Below, in pieces: positions 1 to 14,495 of a DNA stretch of 64,000 nucleotides (positions are counted from its first letter, which is position 1; each line of letters opens with the position of its first letter). The position numbers and the translations under genes are program-made. Location: the NCBI RefSeq assembly GCF_009914755.1, contig NC_060935.1, one strand, 5' to 3'. Below the pieces are notes generated by a model. It worked only from the letters and a program-made list of their open reading frames with translations, made no database searches and had not been told where the DNA came from. The stretch is from the human T2T-CHM13v2.0 reference genome, Homo sapiens.

Positions 1-286
1 GCTTTGTCCTTTCCTCTGCCTTGAACATCCTCATCCATATCCTGTCATGATTGGCTCCCTCTTGTCACACAGGCTTCATCCCACATATCTCCCCTGGCCT
101 CCTGCCCTTTCCATATAGCCTTAGTTTAGTCCCCTTGAGTTCTAACATTATAACAGAAATACCTGCGCTCATGAAGCTTGCATTCTAAGGGGAAGAAACA
201 AACATTAAACAAATTATGTCTGGTGGTGATAAATGCTAAAAAGAAAAATAATGGAGCTGGTGGGGGATGTTGCTGTTTATGAAGAT

Positions 287-400
287 GCCTGTAATCTCAG
301 CACTTTGGGAGGCCAAGGCAGGAGGATGGCTTTGAGGCCAGGAGTTAGAGACCAGCATGGGCAACATAGTGAGATCCAATCTCTACTAAAAAAAAAAAAA
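287..400 (+). mobile_element. Alu left monomer (FLAM/AluJ fragment)
   Basis: gcctgtaatctcagcactttgggaggccaagg...ctctact followed by an A tail. Confidence 0.85.
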
Positions 401-1176
401 ATTGGATAGATTTAGATGCGTACTGTATATCTAAGTAGGCTTGTTTGGGGAGTAACTAGATATATGGGTCTAGCATTCAGGGGAGGAGCTGGGGCTGGAG
501 ATATAAATTTAGGAGTTGTCAACATGTGTGAGGCATTTAAAGCTATAGGAATGGGTGAGATCACCCAGGCTAAGAGTATGAGACAGAAGAGAAAGGGTGG
601 GAGGATAGAGCTCTGAGGTTCATCGAGTCCACAGTTTGATCAGATGTGGTAGAATCAAGGTAGAGTCTAATGTCCTCCTAGGGAGACATTAGATCAATAG
701 GAGAACTGAGAGGAAGCTTTTTGGATGGCTTGGTCAAAGCCCCGTTTCTTCACTTGCATGTAGTAGAGATGTGGGACCATAACAGACATAGGTGGTGGAC
801 CCAGTGGCTGCAGCATTCCTTAGGACAGAAGGTCCAAATTATCTGGTCCACTTTATGCTCCTCCTTTACCCTCCAATCATTGTCTGACCCCTGGGCCCCT
901 CACTTTCTAGTATAGTCCCTGACCTTGACAAATGATTTCTTATGTGTTTAGCAATGTAGATTTTTTTTCTTGGCTATATCTTTGTCACCAGTGGGGGAAG
1001 CTTCAACTTCAAAATATTTTATCTAGGGTTTATCTTAAAGAATTTATACCAGTGAACTTATTTCTTTTATTTTTCATTTTGATGAACATGAGAACTATCA
1101 TTGCCCACAACATTTCACATTTGCCTTTGACCTGTGTAAGTTACAAATTTTGCTTTAGGTTTTCCAGAACTGTATA

Positions 1177-1464
1177 TTTTTTTAGAGACAGAATCTCACT
1201 CTGTCACCTGGGCTCGTCACTGTAGCCTTGGATTCTTAGGCTCAAGTGATCCTCCTGCCTCAGCCTCCTGGGTAGCTAGGACTATAGGCACATGCCACCA
1301 TGGGCAGCTAATTCTCAAGTTTTTATCTTTTTATTTTTATTTTTCAGAGATTGTGGGTCTCACCATATTGCATAGGCTGGTATTGAACACCTGACCTCAA
1401 ATAATGATTTCACCTCGGCCTCTCAAAGTACTAGGATTGCAGGCATGAGCCACTGTGCCCAGCC
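1177..1464 (-). mobile_element. AluJ-type element
   Basis: Diverged dimeric Alu, reverse orientation. Confidence 0.85.
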
Positions 1465-1722
1465 TGTCTTTTTATCCTTGAGTAATAAAAGTACTTCCCT
1501 GAAATGAACTAGCTGTCTGGGTATTATTTTGGGACAAAAAAAAATTATAGGAGGACTTAGAAGAAAAATTTATAACCTTCATTAAAATTTAAATAATATT
1601 TTCTTTATAAGACTATTAAGGCCTCTGTTTTTCTTTCACTTTTGTTTTAAAACATAAAGTTAATAAAGATTAATGGGAGTAAAATCAGAATAGTTTTAGA
1701 TGTATATTTTTTAATTTTTAAA

Positions 1723-1986
1723 TTTTTTTTTTTTTTTTAGTCAGAGTCTCGCACTGCCACCTGGGCTGGAGTGCAATGGCAGGATCTAGGCTCAATGCAA
1801 CCTCAGCCTCCCGAGTAGCTGGGATTACAGGCGCCTGTCACCATGCCCAGCTAATTTTTTGTATTTTTATTAGAGATGGGGTTTCACTATGTTGGCCAGG
1901 CTGGTCTCAAACTCCTGACCTCGTGATCCACCCGCCTTGGCCTCCAAAAGTGCTGGGATTACAGGCGTGAGCCACCGTACCTGGCC
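1723..1986 (-). mobile_element. AluS element with a short internal deletion in the right arm
   Basis: T tract then Alu body; caacctc joined directly to agcctcc. Confidence 0.88.
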
Positions 1987-2189
1987 TAGATATTTAAGAA
2001 AGAAAAAAGTGTGTCGGTAACGTCATTTGATTTTGAGCTTTCGTGTGAGCCTCAAAAGATGTGAAGAATCTATTAGTGGTGGTCAGTACATTAGACATCA
2101 GGAATATGTGTCTGTTGAACACCTGAAATGTGTTTGTTGTTATGTGCCTTGCATTATATTTCTATGGGGCAGCACTGCTTTAGATGATG

Positions 2190-2440
2190 ATAGCAACTGA
2201 CACTGAGCATTCCAAGGTGCAAGGCACTGCTGCAGTTGCTTCATGTGTTTCAACTAATTTAATATGAACAGCAGTCTTCAGAAGTGTATGCTATTAATAT
2301 ACCCATTTCAAAGTGTATGCTATTAATATAGCCATTTCAAAGAAGAGGAAACTCAAAGGCACATAACTAATACGTGGTACCGCAAGGGTTTGAACCCATG
2401 CTGTGGGGATCTGGAGCCTTCATATAAATCACAGTGTCAC
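2190..2440 (-). mobile_element. MIR fragment containing a 29-bp tandem duplication
   Basis: MIR-like core (ccatttc...gaggaaact...ggtttgaaccc); 2282-2310 is repeated at 2311-2339 with 1 mismatch. Confidence 0.6.
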
Positions 2441-2632
2441 AAATTAAGACTCTATTTCAATTACAGATTCCATTAATAACAATAACTAACATATATTGTT
2501 GATATCATATGTAAGATGTGCTAATAAGTACTTTAGATGTATTACTTCAATATCTTACAAAAATTAGGGAAGAAGGGAAGAAGATAGTCATAAGTTTTGA
2601 AATTATCTTAATTTTCAATAAGTTCATCATAT

Positions 2633-3259
2633 TGTTACTGAAAAGGGATCCCGATCCAAATCCCAAGAGAGGGTTCTTGGACCTTGTGCAAGACAGAATT
2701 TGGGGCGAGTCTGTAAAATGAAAGTTATTATAGGTGTAAAGAAACAAAAGAATGGCTACTTCATAGGCAGAGCAGTGGCATGGGCTGTTCAACTGACTAT
2801 ACTTATAGTTACTTCTTGATTATATGCTAAACAAGGGGTGGAGTATTCAGGAGTTTTCTGGGAAAGGGGTGGACAGTTCCTGGAACTGAAGGTCCCTTCC
2901 CTTTTTAGACCATGTAGGGTAACTTCCTGACATTGCCATAGCATTTATAAACTGTCATGGTGCTGGTGGGAGTGCCTTTTAGCATGCTAATGCATTATAA
3001 TTAATGTATAATGAACAATGAGGATGACCAGAGGTCCCTTTTGATGCCATCTTGGTATTGGTGGGTTTTGGCTGGTTTCTTTACTGCATCCTGTTTTATC
3101 AGCAAGGTCTTTATGACCAGCATCTTGTGCCAACCTTCACTCCTCATCCTGTGACTAAGAATCCCCAACCTCCTGGGAAAGTAGCCCAGTTAAGTCTCAG
3201 CCTTATTTTACTCCACCCCTATTCAAGATGGACTTGCTGTGGTTCAAATGCCTCTGATA
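2633..3259 (-). mobile_element. MER41B-like ERV1 solo LTR
   Basis: The reverse complement begins like the MER41 5' end (TnTCAGAGGCATTTGAACCACAGCAAGTCCATCTTGAATAGG); the other end reads tgttactgaaaagggatcccgatccaaatcccaagagagggttcttgg; near-TSD atat/atac. Confidence 0.85.
2856..2885. promoter_or_regulatory. Tandem GAS (STAT) motifs within the MER41 LTR
   Basis: TTCTGGGAA (2856-2864) and TTCCTGGAA (2877-2885), both TTCN3GAA. Motif only; activity unknown. Confidence 0.55.
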
Positions 3260-3991
3260 ATACTTAGGCATATATTTCTATGAAAACTTTATCCATCAAT
3301 CCTTTGACAGTTCCCACATTAAATTTTTGACATGTAAGATCTAAAAATGTTCAGTGAATCTGATAAACCTATTTAAGTCTTTCCCCCATTCTTGAACCCA
3401 GAATTTATGAAGTAGTAGAATATTTTAAATATCGAAAGAATTACGTATCCCCATTTCTCTTGATGAAAGATTTCCCTTTATTTATTATTTTTGCCGTACA
3501 TCTTTGCTTTGCGGATATGCCCTCGATAGGTGATACTGATTAATCTTAAGTTTCTGGCTTTGGTGCTGTTATATGCTTAAGTGCGATTATCTGTGAAGTA
3601 ATACAGTTTCTTTTATTGTCTCAGATAAATGAGGCACAGTATGCCAAAATTCCACATGTATGAAAACGGATTATGTTTCTGGTATGTCTTAGGTTAACTT
3701 TAATTAGAAACAAATTTTAGGTATGTTGGCCTCCATAGCAACATTCTTCTACAGTGATTTCACCTGAAATTAAAAAAAAAAAAATAATAAATCATCTCAG
3801 TGTCCTACATGCATAAAGTTCTGATTTTCACATTTACTGAATTGTGGATGCTTTCCATCTCCTGATTTCCAGTTTTCTGGTGAAATATTAAGGTAAGAGT
3901 GAGAGGTGGTAGATCATATACAGTTTATCATAACTGCAATAATAGTGGCTTTTATATTTTAGTGCTAATAATCATAAAATTCATTTTTAAA

Positions 3992-4672
<681 letters not shown>

Positions 4673-5575
4673 TTTTTATATACATGTTATTTGATCCTTA
4701 CAACAATCTGAAACAGCACAGCCTGTAAATGAGTTACTCAGTGTGATGTCGACCTCCAGTAAGTGACCACACTTTACATATAGGACCCAGTTCCAGGAGT
4801 TGGGGCTTGCAGCTCATTGTTCTGTTCTATCCCATGTCTTCTCTGGGAAGACATGGGATATGAGCTGCCACACAACACCTGCACTTCTGATCTCTTTCCT
4901 CGCATCTCTAGTTCTTTCATTTTCCTGCCTTTGGCATTTATCCTAGTTTTATACGTTTTACTTTGGAGTCTTGTAATTGCACATCATATTGAAATCTTTC
5001 CATTTTTATCTTTGCACTTTTGGAAATACATTTACTCTCTGCTCTTGGCCATCACTTTCCATTGGTACAGTTGGGGAAGTGCTAGTCTTTATTCCATTCA
5101 TAAACCATGTTTTGATGTTCTTCTTTGATACTTGGGAAGCACAAAGATACTTTGATAATATAAAAGGTAAATGTATATAAAGTTAGTGTGTAACTGTCCC
5201 TTAAAAGTTTAACATCTGGGTGAGGCACTCAATTTTAAAGGACAGAAAAAATAAACCTAAATAGGCATGAGGTAGACTAGCAAAATACCTATAAAAGATA
5301 TCCTGAAGGGAAATTTTAAATAATGGTAACAAAGCTATGGATGAATGGGAAATATCAGCTGACAGACCAACCAGATATTCAGAAATAAGGGAACATTTTT
5401 TGGTTAGCACAATGCTTTTTGTCTTTGCTTCTGATTAAACCATAGAGTATATTTATGCACTACAGAAGAAAATGCAAATTTAACTTGATAATTTGATACA
5501 TGTAATTTCAAGAGAAAGGGCAACAAAAGCTTTTTAAAATTAAACTTTTTTTGGGATAATTATAAATTCACTCTT

Positions 5576-5883
<308 letters not shown>

Positions 5884-6787
5884 AAATTCACTCTTAACTA
5901 TAAAAAATAACTAGAAATCGGGTGTATTCTTTACTGACAATTTCTCCCAATGTAATACCTCATAAAATTATAGTAAATAGTTCATTACATTTTACTTGTT
6001 ATAATAGTAATTAAAAATAACAAATTATTCATAAATGTTCCCTTTTTCCTGGAATCAGGATTCATAATTTGAAAAGCCTAACTCTTAGGGGTTCTTATCA
6101 AGATGCTATGTTACTTCATCCTGTGATTTATCTGTGTGTCACCCAGGATACTCATTTGCAAGTCAAACAGGAAATTGGTTGGAAAGACATTGGGGCATCT
6201 CATTTATCTGTGAGAGGGCCCACATTGCTTGTGGGATTAAGAAACAGCCAGAATCACAAACTCTAAGGCCTCTAAGAGGTTTTTTATCTTTGCCTCTCAT
6301 TTGCTTATCGGCCTCATTCTGTTAGCTGGCTTCTTCCACATGGTGAGTCATAAGCATTGTACTAAAACTCACAGAAATTGTTTCTAGATAGGATTGTCTA
6401 GTTTTTCATTTTAAGACAAGATGAAGAAGAAAGAAAAAGAAAAAAAGAAAGGTAGGAGAGGCTCTGATTGGCCCAGCTAAGGTCACTTAAAGACGCTTGA
6501 CCAATTACCCAAGGTTAAAGGGACAGAATATGTTGCATAGACTTTCCTTTGAATATAGAGCTATTTTCAGAAACAAAGGAATTATTATGAGTTAGGCAAT
6601 CACTCCAACTCTTGTCTATTGTAATATGGCAATGACCTTGAGAAATTTCCGGTTAACATTGTCATTTGAACAGAATACTATGATAGTTGTGTATGAAATT
6701 TTACAAGACTTAGAAACATGTTAATTCACTCAAACATTAGAAACATTTACTTAAAAATTAGGAGTCACACAAAGATGTACACTATTA

Positions 6788-7130
<343 letters not shown>

Positions 7131-8111
7131 GAGAAGCCAGAGGCATAAAAATCTAAGACTTAAAATGAAAGAAACAAAATTGTCATATTATGATATGATT
7201 TTCCACATAGAAAATTGCAAATAATCTATAAATTATTAGAGATAAATAAGAGAGGTTAGCTAGGTTAATAGATGTAAATTAATTATATTTCTGAACAGAA
7301 CCTTTAAAAAGTGGCAAAAAAATAAGAGACTCAAGGATAACTAAACAAAGGATGTGCAGGACTTACATGTGTAAAATTAAAAAAAAATATAAAGATAGTA
7401 AAGGGGAACTAAATAAACAGAAAACCAATCAATGAGTCAGTTCAAAAGAATGGTTTTAACCAACATTCTTTTTTCCCCTGACTATACTAGACAAGATAAT
7501 TTACTGTAATAATTCAACTGATAGCAATTTGGTTAACTTGTTTTTACTAGTGTAGTGGTTAACCACCGGCTGGTCCTGAAGCTAGTGTATTTCCTTTTTT
7601 CATTTGGAAAATGTGGCCACCGTATGAAAACCTTACCTTTTTTACATTCCAAACTTCTACCAAACCTTTGTATCTTTCACATATTTTCAACAGCAGATAC
7701 ACTGCTATTTGAAAAATGAAAAATGATGTACTCTTCATTTGCATAACCATATCTAACTGCCTTGGTGGAAAAAAAACTGTGCTACGTAGTAGTTGCTTTA
7801 TTTCTATTGAGGGAAAATAAAATATCCCCTCCCATCTGAGACTTTTAATTCTATTCACTTTACATTTTACCTACAGAATTATTTCTATTACCACAGGTAA
7901 CAGAATACTATGTAAGTGATGCAAATAAAATAACATGTGTTTTCAGGATCAGCAGGAAACCAGAACACAAACTGGGAAAGTCTAGGTCCTAATTAATTAT
8001 TGACATCTAGTAAAGTTTTAAGCTCCTTGAGACTTTGTTTTCTTTTTTTATAAATGAGGAGTGTTCAGCATTTCCCAAAGTGTAAAATGAAAACCACCAG
8101 GAATAAAATGA

Positions 8112-8434
<323 letters not shown>

Positions 8435-8678
8435 AGAATAAACATTTTAAATGTTAGTAGTTCCATATTTATTTCAATGTGTATTGGATACAGAACAACT
8501 CTGGATTTAATGAAAATTGTTGCTTTGTAGGATGCTTAGTAAAAGAAGTAAATCCATTTATAAGGAAAAATGTAGGACATGGCCATGGCCAAAATCACGG
8601 AAGTAGAATGTGAATGACTAGAGTTTGGGAATTCATGGAGTAGGTGATCTATGTTGCTTCTGCCTCGAATGTCTTGAC

Positions 8679-8977
8679 TTTTTTTTTTTTTTTTTCTTTG
8701 GAGATGGAGTCTTGCTCTGTTACCCAGACTGGAGTGCAGTGGTGTGATCTCGGCTCACTTCAACTCCCCCGGGCTCAAGTGATTCTTCTGCCTTAGCCTC
8801 CTGAGTAGCTAGGATTATAGGAGTGCACCACCACGCCTGGTTAAGTTCCATATTTTTAATAGAGATGGGGTTTCATCATGTTAGCCAGGCTAGTTTCAAA
8901 CTCCTGACCTCAAGTGATCCGCCTGCCTCGACCTCCCAAAGTGCTGGGATTATAGGCATGAGCCACTGAGCCCAGCC
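8679..8977 (-). mobile_element. AluS-type element
   Basis: Full Alu in reverse; atgtcttga on both flanks. Confidence 0.9.
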
Positions 8978-9139
8978 CGGATGTCTTGATTTGATTGTCT
9001 TCTGTGACTGTATACTTTGCTGAACAGTGTCAATGATTAGCCCTGAGTTCACTACCTCATTTATGGAGCTTACACTTAAAAACTGCTGCCAAAAACTGAT
9101 TTCTTTTCAATTTCTTTTTTAAAACAATTTTTTAATGTT

Positions 9140-9278
9140 ATATTTTTATTGCTTTTCATAGAGATGGGGTCTCTCCCCATGTTGCCCAGGCTGGTGTTAA
9201 ACTCCTGGGCTCAAATAATCCTCCCACCTAGGCCTCCCAAAGTTCTAGGATTACAGATACGAGCCACCGTGCCTGTCC
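9140..9278 (-). mobile_element. Alu left monomer (FLAM-like)
   Basis: gagatggggtctc...cccaaagttctaggattacag...gagccaccgtgcc. Confidence 0.8.
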
Positions 9279-9509
9279 CTCTCTTCAGTTTCTTATGAAT
9301 GAATGAGCCTTCATATAGTGAACACATTAATAATAGGTTCAGCCAGGTTCTGCTTATATCTTTTGCTTAAAGACACAAGCTGTAAACTGTAGGATTTGGA
9401 AAACTTTATAGCAAAGCGGATGGTGGACCATAGCATAGTTTCATTTTTATTTACAAAACAGACGAAATTTATGGGATTTTATACCCAGAAGTAGTTGGAA
9501 AGGATAGCA

Positions 9510-10790
9510 ATAATTTATTTTCAACAAATATTTATTAATCTCTTTCTCTGGGCTGGATATTGCTCCAGAGCTGAGAATACAACTCTGGTCAAAAAGAGCT
9601 TCTGCCTTCCAGTTGGCAGAAACAGACATAACAAAGAAGAAAGTCAAAATGTATTATCAGATTGTGATATATACTCTGGAAAAAGGGAGATAAACTAGGA
9701 TAGGTAGCAGAGGGGGCTGTAGGTGAGTTTTTAATGTCAGGAAATCAAGGAAGGCCTCAGTGAGTAAATGTCATTTAAGCAGAGACCTGACAAAGAAAGA
9801 AGTCAGTCTTACAACTCTCTTGGGAAAATGCTTTTCAGGTTGCCCAGACAGCTTTACAGCAGCAAGTACAAAGGTCCTGAGGCTGGAAAGTGCTCGGACT
9901 GTTTGAGGAGGAGCATAGGCAAATATGGCTAAAGCACAGGAACAAATGGGAAAGTGGGAAGAGATAAAGTGTGGTTGATTGGGCGGGGGGATTATGAAGA
10001 ATATGTAGGACTCTTTAGGCCTTGTAAGGAATTAGACTTTTGCTCTGTAGAAGGGTCTTTCAGCAGAAGTGTGACATGAACTGATTTAGGAATTTAAAGG
10101 ACTACCCTAATTGTTATGCAGACTGTAGAGGACAAGACTGTGTGCTGAGCTCCCCTTAGGAGGCTGTTTTCGTTATTTCATTACTTAAAAGACAATGATA
10201 ATTTGCACCAGGATGAAAGTAGTGGAAGTGGTAGAAGTGTTCAGATGCTAGGTTTATTTTGCAGGTGATACTAAGAGGATTTGCTCATTGATCAAATGTA
10301 GATTGCAAGAGAAAGGGAGGCGGCAATGATGTGTCATTGGTAGGATTTCTCCACCTCAGCACTGTTGATATTTTGGAACAGATATGTTTTTGTTATGGGG
10401 GTCTGTCCTGTGCATTGTAGGATGTTTAGCAATATCCCACACCTCTATGCTCTTGAGGTACTCTACTTCCCCTTAAATTGTGACAACCAGTGTCTCCAGA
10501 CATTTTGTCCCTCAGGGGTCAAAGTCAACCAGTTGAAAACTACTCATTTAAGGTTTTAAGCCTGATGAGATTCTGAGATGGAGGGACTGTAGGGGGTAAC
10601 AGGTGTGGTGAGTGTTATCAAGCATTTTCTTTTGGACATGTTAAATATTAGCCAAATGCAGTGTTGAGTGGAAACCAGGGGAGAGATCAGAGCTGGAAAA
10701 AGAAATTTGGAAATCACCAATGTATAGATGGTATTTAAATTCACTTTTGTCATTGGATGAGATTATGCAGAGAGTGAGAGTGAATTAGGT
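9510..10790 (-). mobile_element. L2 fragment(s) interrupted by MER20
   Basis: Reverse L2 3' end (ttcaacaaatatttatt) followed by typical purine-rich degenerate L2 body; boundaries approximate. Confidence 0.6.
10341..10545 (-). mobile_element. MER20 (hAT-Charlie MITE)
   Basis: tttctccacctcagcactgttga...tgtcctgtgcattgtaggatgtttagc...tgtgacaacc...gtctccagaca...gttgaaaact. Confidence 0.85.
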
Positions 10791-11090
10791 GATGAGCTCC
10801 TTTGACTCTCCAGGGTCCGCCATGTGGTTAACAATAGTTATATCTGGCCAGTCTCAGAAATTTTTTGCTCTTGTAAGTAGACTTAATAAGACTTCCACAG
10901 TGTGTTAACTCAAACAATCCACTTGCTTTCTCTGAATCCCTCTAATAGGTATATATTGCTATATTTTCTATTCTTGAGAGAAAAAACTAAAATACAAATA
11001 CTTTTTCACCAACCCTTTTTAATAAGACTGGCGGCAACATGTAAGTCACTTTGTCTTTTGATAGGTAGGAGGAATGAAAATAGCAGAACA

Positions 11091-12057
<967 letters not shown>

Positions 12058-12811
12058 CTTAGTATGTACAGATATGTAGGAGCCTTCACATACGGTGTTT
12101 CTTCTTCCATTCGTCACTTGACTTAATCTTGTTCATTCTTCAGGCCTCAGTTTACATAAGATGTGAGTTGGCCTCATGGTGGACACTTCCCTTGGGCCCT
12201 CTAAAACAAGTGCTCCCTCTTATGGTGTCCAGTACTTTTTCTTTATGGAACTTACTATCTGTGACCATATACATGTTTGTGTTTTAGTTTGTCTCCATTA
12301 AATTGTATAACCTCTTTCAGCAGGACCCAAAATTATTTAACACTGCTGGTACCAAGTGCTTAGAACAGCAACATGGGATGTATGAAGGGTATTATATTGC
12401 AGGTTCCTTTTCCATTAGCCTTTGTTTCATAGACATCCTTGCACTGTTATACATCTACTCTTTCATTATGTGCGTGTATCATAATTTACCCAATCATTTC
12501 CATGTTGATAGTCATTTATGTAGGCTGGATTGCCTTCAAAAATCACCCTTTTTAAGGCAAATTGTATGAAAGAGAAATAGAGTCTACATGCATGGAATTT
12601 TGGCCATGTTAATCACTGATGCTCTATTCTGTATAACTTACAACATTTATTTTCCCTTGAAAAATGCACTAAATCTAAGCTATGTTTGTTGCTCTGAGCC
12701 TAGTTCCCAGATAGATGTGCAGATATGTTTCTTCTTAGATGTGCAAAGAATTTTGAGTTAATGAGTCCAATTAGAGAATACCTAGAAGTGACATTAAATA
12801 TTAACAACTTT

Positions 12812-13532
12812 GTTTTTCTGTAGTTGTAGTAAAATACACATTCCATATAATGTACCATCTTAACCAGTTTTAAGTGAACAGTGGAGTAGTATTAAGTATA
12901 TTCACGTTATTACGCTACCAATCTCTAGAACTTGTCATCTTGCAAAATTGAAACTCTATACCATTACACAACAGTTCCCTATCTCCCCCTCCCCACAGCC
13001 CCTGGCAATCACCCTTCTACTTTCTGTTCCTAGGAGTTTGACTATTCTAGATACTATGTGCAAGTGGAATTATATAGTATTTGTCTTTTTGTGACTAGCT
13101 TTTTTCAGTTCACATAATGTCCTCAAGATTCATTCATGTTGTAGCATGCGTCAGAATTTCCTTCCTTTTCAAGGCTGAATAATATTCCATTGTATGTATA
13201 CATTATATTTTGTTCATCTATTTATCCATGGAGGGACACTTGGATTGCTTCCACCTTTTAACTATTGTGAATAATGCTGCTTTGAGTATGGACATACAAA
13301 TATGTCTTTGAGACCCTGGTTTCAATTCTTTTGGATACAGTCCAGAAAGTAGTATTGTTGGATCATATGGTAATTCTATTTTTAATTTTTTGAGGGACTG
13401 CCATCCTGTTTTCTATAATGGCTGCACTGTTTTACAATCCCACTAACAGAGCACAAGTATTCCAGTTTCTCTGCATCCTCACTAACACTTGTTTTTTTGT
13501 TTTTTTTTTATAGTAGCCATCCTAATGGGTAT
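12812..13532 (-). mobile_element. Old L1 (L1MA/L1MB) 3' fragment
   Basis: cccctggcaatcacccttctactttctg...ataatgtcctcaagattcattcatgttgtagc...gtagccatcctaatggg. Confidence 0.85.
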
Positions 13533-14285
13533 GACAACTTTGGGGTTTAATTTTGCTCTTAGACATGGTTGGGGTGGGTGGAGATATGTGCTCTATATCC
13601 ATGAATTCACACGGTTAACAGAGAGTGAATATTTTAAAGTAATAGGAAGCATCAACTATTTCAAGACACTGATGCAAGAGCATGCTTTGTGATAGGGCAG
13701 ATATTGTCAAAACATCAAACATTTTTTACTGTGCATTTTAAGATGCTAAATGATTAAGAATGATGATCATTGTGTAAACAGACTAATATAAAGTATGTTT
13801 ATACATTGGATAATTTAGTCATTCAAAGTTTCATTATTTTAATTGGCAACAGTTAGTTAACAATAATTTCCTTTGCCTTTTATTCTTTTCAGGCAATGTT
13901 TTAAGAGGTTTTGCTGCCAGCCCCCAAAAAGCAGGCGATAAAAATGAGAATAGCCTGACATTTCCATGGCAAACTTCTTGGTGTTGTTGTAACTGGAGCT
14001 TGGATGAGGATGAGACAAGCCACATTGGAGAATGGTAAAGCTAGGAATCTAGGCAGCTTTGTGGGGTCTGCTCATGGCCTGATTAGCAATGTGGTGACAA
14101 GTGGAAAGATAGACTTGGATCAAAAGGAGGATAAGCCTATAAGAGAAATAACCATTAGAAGCCACTGGCAGAGTTCCAGACAGCTAAAGTCTCAGGAAGC
14201 CTGTCTCACCAGAAGTGAATCAGGCTGTAGGTGGGGACCTGAAGACTGACACTCCGGAATACAATTCATTTCCAGTCAGAGGACA

Positions 14286-14495
14286 CGGGGTTTCTCCACC
14301 CAGCACTGTTGACATTTTGAGCAGGGTGCTTTCCTATTCCACAGGACTATTTCATGTGTTGTAGGATATTTAGCGGCATCCCTGTACTCTACCCACTAAA
14401 TGCCAGTAGCAGACCAATAATGTTGCCTTCTCCCTAGTTGTGACAACCCAACACGTCTGCAGACATTGCCAGATATCTCCATTTGAGAACCACTG
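14286..14495 (-). mobile_element. MER20
   Basis: gggtttctccacccagcactgttgacattttg...gtaggatatttagcggcatccctg...gttgtgacaacc...ttgagaaccactg. Confidence 0.88.

Noticed and set aside
5256-5265. Canonical CArG box CCTAAATAGG (another, CCAATAAAGG, at 36524-36533)
   Set aside because: Tempting because the gene is an SRF target, but several CC(A/T)6GG matches are expected by chance in 64 kb of AT-rich DNA; no supporting cluster.
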